From: an uncultured Spirochaetota bacterium
GTDB lineage: Bacteria; Spirochaetota; Spirochaetia; SZUA-6; CAVTHK01
Direction of reading: 5' to 3'
Assembly (NCBI GenBank): GCA_963734495.1
Contig: CAVTHK010000013.1
Coordinates: 288,001 to 352,000 of the forward strand
DNA length: 64,000 bases
The notes below the pieces were generated by a model. The model ran no database searches, was not told the origin of the DNA, and worked only from the letters and a program-made list of their open reading frames with translations. Within the stretch, counting starts at the first letter, position 1; the number at the start of each line of letters is the position of its first letter. This document shows, in pieces, positions 18,448 to 28,043 of the stretch. The position numbers and the translations under genes were made by a program.

Positions 18448-19970
18448 TGTCGGCCGCCCCCTACCTCGCGATGCGGGGCATCACCAAGTGGTACCCTTCG
18501 AGCGGGGTCCTCGCGAACGACCGGATCGACTTCGACGTGCGCCCGGGCGAGATCCATGCGCTGGTGGGCGAGAACGGGGCGGGCAAATCGACGCTCGTGC
18601 GGATTCTCGACGGAGTCGTGGCGGCCGACGCCGGCTCGATCTCGATCGACGGCCGCCCCGTCCACATCCGCTCGCCCCGCGAAGCGATGCGCCACGGCAT
18701 CGGCATGGTGCACCAGCATTTCCGCCTGATCCCCTCGTTCAGCGTCGCGCAGAACGTCATGCTCGGGATCGAGCCTGCCCGCTTCCGCGCGTTCCTCGAC
18801 GAGTCCGAGCTCATCCTGCGGGTCGCGGACGCTGCGGCCCGCTGGGGCCTGCCGGTCGAACCCGGCGCCGAGGTCTCCGACCTCGACGTCGGCGCGATGC
18901 AGCAGGTCGAGCTGCTCAAGCTGCTCTACCGCGACGCGCGCATCCTGGTGCTCGACGAGCCGACCGCGGTGCTGACCGATCAGCAGGCGGAGGCCCTGCT
19001 GCGCACCCTGCGCTCGCTCGCCGCCGAAGGCCGGACGGTCGTCATCGTGACCCACAGCATCGAGGAGGTGCTCGACGTGGCCGACCGCGTCACCGTGCTG
19101 CGGCGCGGCAGGGTCGTCGCCACCCGCGACGCCGGGGCCTGCACGGCCGCCGAGCTGGCTGCGCTGATGGTCGGCGCGGACCTGCCGCCGGAGCAGCCCC
19201 GGTCGCCCGCGACGGCCGGAGAGCCGGTGCTGCGGCTCGAGCGGCTTTCGGTGCGCGGCCCGTTCGGCGCGGGTCTCGACGCCCTGGACCTCACGGTGCG
19301 CGAGGGGGAGATCATCGGCGCGACCGCCCTCGCGGGCAACGGCCTGCGGGAGCTCGAGGACGCGGTCTCGGGGCTCCGGCCGCCGGCCGCCGGCCGCATC
19401 GTGTACCGCGGGCGGCCGCTGGCGGCCGATGCCCGCCACGCCTTCCGCAGGCAGGAGCTGGCCTACGTGCCCTCGCAGCGCTTCGAACGAGGGGCGAGCC
19501 TCTCGTCGACGGTCGAGGAGAACCTCATCCTCGGATGGCCGGGCGCGTTCGCGCGCGGCGGTCTGTACCACCGCAGCGCGGCGCGCAGGCACGCGCTCGG
19601 GCTGATGGAGGAGTTCGGCATCGAAGGGACGCCGGACCTGCCGATGGAGATGCTCTCGGGCGGCAACCGCCAGAAGGTGATCCTCGCGCGGGAGCTCGGC
19701 TCCGGCAAGGACTTCGTGCTGTTCGCCGAGCCGACGTGGGGGGTCGACGTGGCCGCCGCGCGCTTCGTCCACCGCCGCATCCTGGCGCTGCGCGACCAGG
19801 GTTGTGCGGTCCTGCTGATCTCGAGCGACCTGCAGGAGATCCTGCAGCTCGCCGACCAGGTCGTCGTGCTGCGCGGCGGCCGCGCGGTGGCCCGGCTCGC
19901 GAACGGGCCGGGCCTCTCGCGCCGCACCCTCGGCGAATACATGCTCGGCCTCCGCGAGGACGCGGCATGA
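18447..19970 (+). CDS. rfuB: ABC transporter ATPase with two NBDs (RfuB-like)
   Basis: GENGAGKST, VHQHF, LDEPT, LSGGNRQK; TGATG coupling. Confidence 0.88.
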   Translation: MSAAPYLAMRGITKWYPSSGVLANDRIDFDVRPGEIHALVGENGAGKSTLVRILDGVVAADAGSISIDGRPVHIRSPREAMRHGIGMVHQHFRLIPSFSVAQNVMLGIEPARFRAFLDESELILRVADAAARWGLPVEPGAEVSDLDVGAMQQVELLKLLYRDARILVLDEPTAVLTDQQAEALLRTLRSLAAEGRTVVIVTHSIEEVLDVADRVTVLRRGRVVATRDAGACTAAELAALMVGADLPPEQPRSPATAGEPVLRLERLSVRGPFGAGLDALDLTVREGEIIGATALAGNGLRELEDAVSGLRPPAAGRIVYRGRPLAADARHAFRRQELAYVPSQRFERGASLSSTVEENLILGWPGAFARGGLYHRSAARRHALGLMEEFGIEGTPDLPMEMLSGGNRQKVILARELGSGKDFVLFAEPTWGVDVAAARFVHRRILALRDQGCAVLLISSDLQEILQLADQVVVLRGGRAVARLANGPGLSRRTLGEYMLGLREDAA

Positions 19971-21055
19971 AGGCGGCGTCCGCCCGGCCCCGGCCGGGGC
20001 TGCGACGCTTCGTCGCCGCCCGCCTGCCCCGAGCCGTCGCGCTCGGGCTGACGCTGGCCGCCGCGCTCGCGGTGGCTGTGGCCGTGCTGGCCACCTGGGA
20101 CCGGCCCGGCGCCGCGCTCCAGGCCTTCTTTCTCGGCCCGTTCTCGAGCTCGTTCGCCTTCGGCAACATGATCGACACGGCCGTGCCGCTCATCATCGCG
20201 GGCCTCGGGATCGCGGTGAGCTTCCAGGCGGGCGTCTTCAATCTGGGCGGCGAAGGCCAGATCTACGCCGGCGGCGTGCTTGCGGCCGCCCTCTGCTCGG
20301 CGCTGCCGGCCGGCGCGGGCGCCGGGCGCGCTCTCGTCATGGCCGCCGCGGCGCTGCTCGGGGCGGGCATAGCCGGAGTGTCGGGCTGGCTGCGCTACCG
20401 CTGGGAGACCAACGAGCTGATCTCCTCGTACCTGCTGTCGGCGGTCGTGCTTCTCGTCGGCGACTGGCTGATCACGGGCCCGCTGGACGACCCGGCGAGC
20501 AACCTGATGGCCACGCGCGAGATCCCGGCCGCCTTCGGGCTCCCGGAGCTGCTGGTCCCCTCGCACTTGAGCACGAGCGTCTTTCTCGCCCTCGGCATGG
20601 TCGCCCTCACCGCCCTGTTTCTCGGCAGCACGCGCTGGGGCTACGAGTTGCGCCTCTGCGGCGCGAACCGTCGCTTTGCCCGCTACGGCGGCGTGCACGT
20701 CGGGCTGTACCTGGTGCTGCCGATGCTGCTGAGCGGCGCGCTGCACGGGCTCGCGGGCGCGGCCGGGATCCTCGGCACCTACCACCGCGCGATCAAGGGG
20801 TTCTCTCTGGGCTGGGGCTGGAACGCGATCGCCGTCGCGCTGATCGCGCGCAACCGCCCGCTCGCGGTGATCCCGGCGGCCCTGTTCTACGCGTGGCTCG
20901 ACGCGGGGGCGCGCGCCGCGACGGTCCTCGCGGGCGTGAGCTACGAGATGATCCTGCTCGTGCAGGCGGTGCTGTTCTACCTCGTCACGGCGCAGGCCCT
21001 CGTGGAATTCGTGCTGGCCAGGAGCAGGTCGTGGTCCATGCAGCCGTCCGACTGA
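19967..21055 (+). CDS. rfuC: ABC permease (RfuC-like)
   Basis: FNLGGEGQ, ARYGG, GWNAIAVALIARNRP; ATGA overlap. Confidence 0.85.
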   Translation: MKAASARPRPGLRRFVAARLPRAVALGLTLAAALAVAVAVLATWDRPGAALQAFFLGPFSSSFAFGNMIDTAVPLIIAGLGIAVSFQAGVFNLGGEGQIYAGGVLAAALCSALPAGAGAGRALVMAAAALLGAGIAGVSGWLRYRWETNELISSYLLSAVVLLVGDWLITGPLDDPASNLMATREIPAAFGLPELLVPSHLSTSVFLALGMVALTALFLGSTRWGYELRLCGANRRFARYGGVHVGLYLVLPMLLSGALHGLAGAAGILGTYHRAIKGFSLGWGWNAIAVALIARNRPLAVIPAALFYAWLDAGARAATVLAGVSYEMILLVQAVLFYLVTAQALVEFVLARSRSWSMQPSD

Positions 21056-21936
21056 TGGTGCCCCTGCTCCTCGCCGCGGTCGGGGGGCTGATCACCGAAT
21101 ACGCGGGGGTGCTCAACATCGCACTCGAGGGGCTGATGCTGTTCGGCGCTTTCGCCGGCGTCCTCACGGCCGCGCACACCGGCAGCGTCGCGGCGGCGAT
21201 CCTCGTGGCCGCGGCCGCTTCGGGCGCTCTCGCCCTGCTCTACGGCCTCGCCGCTCTCAGGCTGCGGGCCGACATCTTCGTGGCGGGCATCGCCACCAAC
21301 CTGCTGGCCTCGGGCCTCACCACGGTGCTCGCGGACCGGCTCTTCGGCTACAAAGGCGTCGTCCGCTTCGCGACGTTCCCCGCCCTCCCCGCGATTGTCC
21401 CTGCGGCCGCGCTGGAGCCTCTCGGCCCGGCGGGCGCCTTCCTTCAGATTTTCCTGGACCAGAACCTGCTGGTCCCCCTCGCGTGGGCGCTCGTCGCGGT
21501 CGCATGGCTCGCCTTGGAGAAGACCCCGTTCGGGCTCCGGCTCAAGGGGACCGGCAGGGCGCCGGAAGTCGTGGCGAGCGTCGGCATCGACCCCGAGCGG
21601 TACAAAGTCACGGCGATCGCGTTGTCGGGCGTGGCGTGCGGGGTGGCGGGCGCGGCGCTCGCCATGGACCTGCAGGCGTTCGTGCCGAACCTGACCGCGG
21701 GTCGCGGCTGGATTGCGCTGGTGATCGTCTACCTCGGCCAGCGCCGGATCGCGGGGGTGGTGGTGGCTTCCCTCTTCTTCGCGCTGGCGGAGAGCTTCTC
21801 GAACTACTCGCAGGGGGTCCTGTCGCTGCCGTCGGAGATCGTGCTCGCTTTCCCTTACGCGCTGAGCCTGGCGGCCCTCGTGGTGTACTCGATCGTGCGG
21901 GCGCGCGGCCGCAACCGCGGAGGCGGGCGGGGTTGA
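21031..21936 (+). CDS. rfuD: ABC permease (RfuD-like)
   Basis: GVLNIALEGLM, TPFGLRL, AGRGWIAL; AGGAG before GTG 21031. Confidence 0.85.
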   Translation: MVHAAVRLMVPLLLAAVGGLITEYAGVLNIALEGLMLFGAFAGVLTAAHTGSVAAAILVAAAASGALALLYGLAALRLRADIFVAGIATNLLASGLTTVLADRLFGYKGVVRFATFPALPAIVPAAALEPLGPAGAFLQIFLDQNLLVPLAWALVAVAWLALEKTPFGLRLKGTGRAPEVVASVGIDPERYKVTAIALSGVACGVAGAALAMDLQAFVPNLTAGRGWIALVIVYLGQRRIAGVVVASLFFALAESFSNYSQGVLSLPSEIVLAFPYALSLAALVVYSIVRARGRNRGGGRG

Positions 21937-22031
21937 CGCGGCGGATCCTGGCCGCAGGGCTCAAGGAACAAAGTTGAAGGGCGTCTCTCGGGCGTCATAG
22001 CTCATAGGCCGGGGGCTCCGGCCCAAGGAGC

Positions 22032-22084
22032 TTGACATGCACGCACTTTTCGGTTATGTTAGCTTTGTCAGAAAAATCAGAAGA
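22032..22084 (+). promoter_or_regulatory. sigma70 promoter with TCAGAA direct repeat (candidate operator)
   Basis: TTGACA 22032, 17 nt, TATGTT 22055; TCAGAAAAATCAGAAGA at about 22068-22084. Confidence 0.55.
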
Positions 22085-22093
22085 GGCCGAATT

Positions 22094-22327
22094 ATGGGAT
22101 GTTGCGGAATCGAAGCCATTATCACCGTCGACGCGAGAGGGCAGGTGGTCCTGCCCAAGGAAGTGCGCGACCAGGCGGGGATCAGGCCCGGTGAGAAGCT
22201 CGCGGTCGTGATCATGAGGAGCGAGGGGCGCGTCTGCTGCCTCTCGCTCGTGAAGACCGATGCGCTCAGCGACGCGGTTCGTGACGTCCTGGCGCCGGCC
22301 ATGCAGGCAATAGGAGGAATGGGATGA
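22094..22327 (+). CDS. AbrB/MazE-fold protein with two CC pairs (HgcAB-associated HgcC-like)
   Basis: MGCCGIEAIITVDARGQVVLPKEVRDQAGIRPGEKL..VCCLSLVK. Confidence 0.82.
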   Translation: MGCCGIEAIITVDARGQVVLPKEVRDQAGIRPGEKLAVVIMRSEGRVCCLSLVKTDALSDAVRDVLAPAMQAIGGMG

Positions 22328-23142
22328 GCGACGATATCAGGGCCGCGGTGCGGGAGCGCTACGCGGAGACCGCGCGGAGCGCGGGCGGGTGCTGCGGGTC
22401 GAGCAGCGGGGCGTGCGGCTGCGGCTCGGCTGCCGACCAGAGCCTGAGCGTGGGGTATACGCCCGACGAGCTGGCCTCGCTGCCGGAGGGGGCCAACCTC
22501 GGCCTCGGGTGTGGCAATCCCACGGCAATCGCCGCATTGAAAGAGGGAGAGTCCGTGGTCGACCTCGGGTCGGGAGGCGGCATCGACTGCTTCCTCGCCG
22601 CCCGCCGCGTCGGTCCCTCCGGGCACGTGATCGGCGTGGACATGACGCCGGACATGCTCGACCGCGCGCGCGCCTCCGCCAAACGCTCGGAGGCCGCCAA
22701 CGTGGAGTTCCGCCTCGGCGAGATTGAGCACCTGCCCCTGGCGGACGCGAGCGCGGACGTGATCATCTCCAACTGCGTGATCAATTTGTCGCCTAACAAG
22801 CGTCAGGTGTTCCGCGAGGCGTTCCGGGTGCTGCGCAAGGGCGGCCGGGTCGCCGTCTCCGACGTCGTCCTCCTCGCCGACCTGCCCGATGCCCTGCGCG
22901 CCGACCTCGGCCTCTACGCCGGCTGCGTCGCGGGCGCCCTGCGCAAGGACCAGTACCTCGACGCGATGCGCGTGGCCGGCTTCGCGGACATCCGCGTGGT
23001 GAGCGAAAAGGCCGCCGGCGAGCTCATCTTCGACGAGGCGGAGTTCGAGCGCCTGCGCGAGGCGAGCGGTCTCTCGACCGAGGAGCTGCGCGCCCTCGGC
23101 GCCAAGGTGGTGAGCGTGCACGTGGAGGCGGTCAAGCCTTAG
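22324..23142 (+). CDS. arsM: Arsenite S-adenosylmethyltransferase
   Basis: VRERY..CC, LGLGCGNP, DLGSGGGIDC, ISNCVINLSP, GCVAGA. Confidence 0.92.
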   Translation: MSDDIRAAVRERYAETARSAGGCCGSSSGACGCGSAADQSLSVGYTPDELASLPEGANLGLGCGNPTAIAALKEGESVVDLGSGGGIDCFLAARRVGPSGHVIGVDMTPDMLDRARASAKRSEAANVEFRLGEIEHLPLADASADVIISNCVINLSPNKRQVFREAFRVLRKGGRVAVSDVVLLADLPDALRADLGLYAGCVAGALRKDQYLDAMRVAGFADIRVVSEKAAGELIFDEAEFERLREASGLSTEELRALGAKVVSVHVEAVKP

Positions 23143-23244
23143 CCGGACCGCGACGGAACGCGCGGCGGGGGCGGTCGGTCCGCTCCCGCCTTCGCGCGCC
23201 CGCGGCGGCGCGCCCCCTCGGGCGCGGGCGTCCGCGGCGCGCGC

Positions 23245-23661
23245 CTACTCCCCGATCACCTTGACGAGCACGCGCTTGCGGCGCTTGCCGTCGAACTCTC
23301 CGTAGAAGATCTGCTCCCATGGCCCGAAGTCGAGCCTGCCGCCCGTCACCGCCACGACCACCTCGCGGCCCATGATCGATCGCTTGAGGTGGGCGTCGGC
23401 ATTGTCCTCGCCGGCGTTGTGGCGGTACCGCGTGTGCGGCTTTTCCGGGGCGAGCTGCTCGAGCCAGTCCTCGAAATCCTGGTGGAGGCCGCCTTCGTCG
23501 TCGTTGATGAACACGCTCGCCGTGATGTGCATCGCGTTGCAGAGCAGCAGCCCTTCGGTGATGCCGCTCTCGAGCAGCGCCTGCTCGACCTGGGGCGTGA
23601 TGTTGAGAAACGCGCGGCGGCGCGGCACATCGAACCAGAGCTCCTTGCGGAAGCTCTTCAT
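23245..23661 (-). CDS. yjbQ: YjbQ/UPF0047 family protein
   Basis: [26 protein letters not shown]. Confidence 0.92.
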   Translation of the reverse strand: MKSFRKELWFDVPRRRAFLNITPQVEQALLESGITEGLLLCNAMHITASVFINDDEGGLHQDFEDWLEQLAPEKPHTRYRHNAGEDNADAHLKRSIMGREVVVAVTGGRLDFGPWEQIFYGEFDGKRRKRVLVKVIGE

Positions 23662-24545
23662 CACTTGCCTCCCGCTCCCAGCTCCCGCCTGCGCGGAATC
23701 GAAGCCGCGGCCCCGCGCCGGGACACGCAGATCGCGGCCGCGCGCGTCGCCGATTCCAGCGCCCGACGGATCGGCATCCCCTGGCAGATCCCGGCGAGCG
23801 TGTAGCCGATGAACGTGTCGCCCGCCCCCGTCGTGTCCACGACCTTGACCCGCACGGCCGGCACCCGCTCGCGCAGCGGCCCCTTGCCCCACAACGCGCC
23901 TTCGCTGCCCAGAGTGAGCACGACTTCGGCGGACGGGTACTTCGCGATCATCGCGGACGCGATGGCCTCCGGAGCGCGCTCGCCGGTGAGCTCCTTCCCC
24001 TCCACTTCATTGATGAAGAACGAGGACACCAGCTCGAGCGGGTAGCTCCTGACCGCGTCGGTAAAGGGCGCGGCGTTGAAGAAGACTCTCAGGGACCTCT
24101 CAGCGGCCCGGCGCATCGCGTGCGCCGTGACGTTGGTCTCGTTCTGCAGCGCGACGATGTCGTCGCGGGCCGCCGCCGCGAGCGCCGCGTCGACGTCCGC
24201 CGGCTCGATCTGCTGGTTGGTGCCGCCGAAGACCACGATGGAGTTCTGCCCGTCCCGGTCGACCTGGATCATGGCGTGGCCGCCCGGCTCGTCGCTCACG
24301 ACGACGCGGGAGACGTCGACTCCGTCGGCTTTCATGGGGGCGATCATCCACTCGCCCTCGCGGCCGATCTTGCCGACGTGGAGCACTCCCGCCCCCGCCC
24401 TCGCGATCGCGAGCGACTGGTTCGCGCCCTTGCCGCCCGCGAAGCGCGCGTAGCCGCGGGCGATCAGCGACTCGCCGGGCCGCGAGAAGTGATCGACCTG
24501 GTAGACGTGGTCGACGTTGAGCGAGCCGATGTTGATGACCCGCAT
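23661..24545 (-). CDS. rbsK: Ribokinase (PfkB family)
   Basis: [26 protein letters not shown]. Confidence 0.88.
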   Translation of the reverse strand: MRVINIGSLNVDHVYQVDHFSRPGESLIARGYARFAGGKGANQSLAIARAGAGVLHVGKIGREGEWMIAPMKADGVDVSRVVVSDEPGGHAMIQVDRDGQNSIVVFGGTNQQIEPADVDAALAAAARDDIVALQNETNVTAHAMRRAAERSLRVFFNAAPFTDAVRSYPLELVSSFFINEVEGKELTGERAPEAIASAMIAKYPSAEVVLTLGSEGALWGKGPLRERVPAVRVKVVDTTGAGDTFIGYTLAGICQGMPIRRALESATRAAAICVSRRGAAASIPRRRELGAGGK

Positions 24546-24553
24546 GGAAAGCC

Positions 24554-26053
24554 CTACCCCGGAAGCTGCGCGGACAGCGCCTTGCGCCACCGCTCGTAGG
24601 CGGCGCGCCAGGCGCCGGCGGCGGCGCGATCCGGCTCGACGGCGCCTTTCTGCTCGAGCCCGCGAAAGGCGTCCTTTGCCGTGAACAGCCCGGCCCCTAT
24701 CCCCGCGCCGCGAGCCGCCCCCTGCGAGCCGTCGGTGTCGTAGAGCTCCACGCGCGCGCCGGCCAGCGTGGCAAAGGCGCCCGCGAACAGGCTCGAGCGG
24801 AACATGTTGGCGTTCCCGGCCCGCACGGTCCCGACGGAGGTGCCCATCCCGCGGATGATCTCCAGCCCGTAGATCAGGGCGAAGACGATCCCCTCCTGGG
24901 CCGCGCGCAGCAGGTGCGCGCGCGTGTGCCTGTTGAGGTCGAGCCCCAGCACCGACGCGCCGAGGTTCCGGTTGTCGAGGGTGCGCTCGGCGCCGTTGCC
25001 GTAGGGCAGGATCACGAGCCCGTCGGCGCCCACGGGCGCGGAGGCGGCGACGCGATTCATCTCGTCATAGGGCGGAAGCTTCTCCGCGCTTCCCGTCATC
25101 GCGTTGTGCCGCAGCCAGCTGTAGAGGATCCCGGTCCCGTTGACGCAGAGCAGGATCCCGTAGCGGGGCCGGCCGGCAGCGTGGTTGACGTGGACAAAGG
25201 TGTTGACGCGCGACCTGCGGTCGTAGTCCGCCTTGTCCGCGACGGCGTAGACGACGCCCGAAGTCCCCGCGGTGGCCGCGATTTCCCCGGGCTCGAGCAC
25301 GTTCAGCGAGAGGGCGTTGTTGGGCTGGTCGCCCGCGCGATAGGCGACCGGCGTCCCCGCCTTCATGCCCAGCGTGGCGGCCGCTTCGGAGGTGAGCGCC
25401 CCCTGCTTCGCGAAGGTCGGCACGATCTCGGGCAGCAGCTTTTCGGGGATCTCGTAGTGCTCCATGAGGAAACGCGCGGGAGCGTCGTCCTTGAAGTCCC
25501 AGAGGATGCCCTCCGAGAGGCCCGAAGGCGTCGTGCGCATCTCGCCGGTCATGCGGTAGGCAACGTAGTCGCCCGGCAGCATGACCCTGTCGATGCGGTC
25601 GAAGATGCGCGGCTCGTTCTCCTTGACCCAGCGCAGCTTGGACGCCGTGAAGTTGCCGGGTGAGTTCAGCAGGCGGCCCAGGCACCTCTCCGGCCCGAGC
25701 TTCTCGAAGGCGCGGTTGCCCACGTCGACGGCCCTGCTGTCGCACCAGATGATCGACGGCCGCAGCACCGCGCCTTTGGCATCGACCGCGACCAGCCCGT
25801 GCATCTGGTACGAGATGCCGATGGCCGCGACGTCCTTGAGGTCGCGGCGGGCCCTGATGGCCGCGGTCGCCGCGAGAACGTTCTCCCACCACAGGTCGGG
25901 ATGCTGCTCGGCCCAGCCGGGGTGCGGCGCCGCGATCGGCATCTCCTCGGAGGGAGAGGTCGCGGACTCGAGGGCCTTGCCGGTGTCCGCGTCGATCAGC
26001 GTCGCCTTGATCGACGAGCTTCCGACGTCGTAGCCGATCAACGTGCGTGCCAT
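24554..26053 (-). CDS. xylB: Xylulokinase (FGGY family)
   Basis: DVGSSSIKA, YQMHG, WCDSR, NSPGNFTASKL, GDQPNNA, PYGNGAER. Confidence 0.85.
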   Translation of the reverse strand: MARTLIGYDVGSSSIKATLIDADTGKALESATSPSEEMPIAAPHPGWAEQHPDLWWENVLAATAAIRARRDLKDVAAIGISYQMHGLVAVDAKGAVLRPSIIWCDSRAVDVGNRAFEKLGPERCLGRLLNSPGNFTASKLRWVKENEPRIFDRIDRVMLPGDYVAYRMTGEMRTTPSGLSEGILWDFKDDAPARFLMEHYEIPEKLLPEIVPTFAKQGALTSEAAATLGMKAGTPVAYRAGDQPNNALSLNVLEPGEIAATAGTSGVVYAVADKADYDRRSRVNTFVHVNHAAGRPRYGILLCVNGTGILYSWLRHNAMTGSAEKLPPYDEMNRVAASAPVGADGLVILPYGNGAERTLDNRNLGASVLGLDLNRHTRAHLLRAAQEGIVFALIYGLEIIRGMGTSVGTVRAGNANMFRSSLFAGAFATLAGARVELYDTDGSQGAARGAGIGAGLFTAKDAFRGLEQKGAVEPDRAAAGAWRAAYERWRKALSAQLPG

Positions 26054-26135
26054 GCGGGAACCTCCGCCGCGCCCCGCCGAGGACGGGGCGCGGCGCCATT
26101 CTTGCCGCGCTCCCCGCAGGTGTCAAGGCGGGCGC

Positions 26136-26268
26136 AGCCGCCGCGCCCGCCCCAGCCGCCGCGCCCGCCCCGGCCGCCCGGCCGCCGCGCCCGCGCCCGC
26201 CCCAGCCGCCGCCCCGGCCGCGCCCGACGCGCCCGCCGCCCCCGCCCCGGCCGCCGACGCCCCGCGCC
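26136..26268. repeat. Low-complexity, almost pure GC tract (GCCGCCGCGCCCGCCCC-like units)
   Basis: Imperfect tandem units between divergent xylB and MBL genes. Confidence 0.6.
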
Positions 26269-26308
26269 AGGTTTGACAAGACCCGCGCGCCTGCATAGCT
26301 TCGAGTCC

Positions 26309-27706
26309 ATGGACATCCGCTTTGTGGGCGCGGCCGGCAGCGTGACCGGCTCGAGCACTCTCGTCGAGGCTGGAAAGCTCCGCATCCTGGTCGACTGCGG
26401 GTTCTTTCAGGAGCGCCGGATGCAGGAGCGCAACTGGGCTCCGTTCCCGTACAATCCGCGCGAGCTCGGCGCGGTGCTCCTCACCCACGCCCACCTGGAC
26501 CACTGCGGCCTGCTGCCCAAGCTGGTCAAGGCCGGCTTCAGGGGGCCCATTTACTGCACGGCCGCGACCGCCGAGATAGCGCGCATCGTCCTCGCCGACT
26601 CGGCCAGGCTCCAGGAGGAAGACGCGGAGTTCAAGAGGAAGCGCCACGCGAAGGAGGGCCGCAAGAGCCCCTACCCCGAGGTGCCGCTCTACACGACCGC
26701 GGACGCCGAAGCGGTCTCCTCGCACTTCACGCCGGTGACGCTCGGCGAGCCCACAAAGGTCGGTGAGGGCGCCGAGGCGACGTTCGTGGAGGCGGGCCAC
26801 ATCTTCGGGGCCACGTCCATCAGGCTCGAGGCGGGCGTGAACGGGCAGAGGCGCAGCATCGCATTCTCCGGCGACCTCGGCCGATGGGACCGCCCCATCA
26901 TCGACGACCCGGTCCTCATCGAGCAGGCGGACTACGTCGTCATGGAGTCGACCTACGGCGACCGCGAGCACGACGACGGCGACATCGCGGAGACGCTGGC
27001 GCAGGCGGTCGCCGAGACGTGGAAGCGAGGCGGCAACCTCGTGATCCCCAGCTTCGCGCTGGAGCGGGCCCAGGAGCTTCTCTACTATTTCAACGAGCTG
27101 CTGCTCGCCGACCGCATCCCTCACCTCTTCGTCTTTCTCGACAGCCCGATGGCGATCAAGGTGCTCGACGTCTTCGAACGGCACACCGAGCTCTTCGACC
27201 GGGACATGCAGGAGCTCGTGCGCAGCGGCAGGTCGCCCTTCCAGTTCCCGGCCCTCAAGCTCGTGTCGACTTCGGACGAGTCCAAGGCTCTCAACCATCT
27301 GCGGGGGACCATGGCGGTCATCGCGGGCGCCGGGATGTGCACGGGCGGCCGTATCAAGCACCACCTCGCCCACAACATCGAGCGGCCGGAGAGCACCATC
27401 CTGTTCGTCGGCTACCAGGCCGAGGGGACGCTCGGCCGCGAGATCCTCGAGGGCGCGAAAGAGGTGCGCATCCACGGCCAGAAGCAGCCCGTCCGCGCGG
27501 CGGTGCATCGCATCGGCGGCCTGTCGGGCCACGCGGACAGGCGGGAGCTCGTGCGCTGGCTGCGCGGATTCCGCAAGCCCCCCCGCGGCCTCTTCCTGAA
27601 CCACGGCGAGCAGAAGGCGCTCGCAGCGCTGCGCGACTACGTCAAGTCGCAGGTCGGCCTCTCGGCGACGATCGCCCCTTCGCTTCAGCGCGTCACGCTC
27701 GACTAG
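26309..27706 (+). CDS. MBL-fold/beta-CASP ribonuclease (YSH1-like)
   Basis: THAHLDH, AGHIFG, MESTYG, SGHAD, NHGE. Confidence 0.92.
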   Translation: MDIRFVGAAGSVTGSSTLVEAGKLRILVDCGFFQERRMQERNWAPFPYNPRELGAVLLTHAHLDHCGLLPKLVKAGFRGPIYCTAATAEIARIVLADSARLQEEDAEFKRKRHAKEGRKSPYPEVPLYTTADAEAVSSHFTPVTLGEPTKVGEGAEATFVEAGHIFGATSIRLEAGVNGQRRSIAFSGDLGRWDRPIIDDPVLIEQADYVVMESTYGDREHDDGDIAETLAQAVAETWKRGGNLVIPSFALERAQELLYYFNELLLADRIPHLFVFLDSPMAIKVLDVFERHTELFDRDMQELVRSGRSPFQFPALKLVSTSDESKALNHLRGTMAVIAGAGMCTGGRIKHHLAHNIERPESTILFVGYQAEGTLGREILEGAKEVRIHGQKQPVRAAVHRIGGLSGHADRRELVRWLRGFRKPPRGLFLNHGEQKALAALRDYVKSQVGLSATIAPSLQRVTLD

Positions 27707-27722
27707 CGGCGGAACTGGGCGC

Positions 27723-27827
27723 GTCCCCGCCTGGGCCGGCGTCCTTGCGGGGCGGGGACCAGGCTGCTCCGGGCTTCGGTCCTCGCCTTGCCAGGCTCGG
27801 ACCACGCCCGGCCTACGGCCGGGCGTG
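27723..27827. repeat. Intergenic stem-loops, including perfect CACGCCCGGCC-TAC-GGCCGGGCGTG
   Basis: Inverted repeats at 27723-27759 and 27803-27827. Confidence 0.65.
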
Positions 27828-28043
27828 CCCTGCGCATCCTTCGCGCGGGGAGCGGCAGGCGGGTCGACGCGCCCCAACGACCGCAAGGGTGCGCTTCCGT
27901 CCGGAATCCCGCTGAAACAGCCGACAATCTACCTATGGGAACCGGGAGGCCGACCGGTTGACGAAAGAAAGTGCGCAGGATATCGTCGTGCTACAATCAA
28001 GCTTGACGCCTTGGCTGACGGCTACGTATTTTCCAGGAATAAG

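Noticed and set aside
17394-19970. Apparent binding protein-ATPase fusion (858 aa)
   Set aside because: Caused by a one-base insertion near 17875; the corrected rfuA ends at 18447
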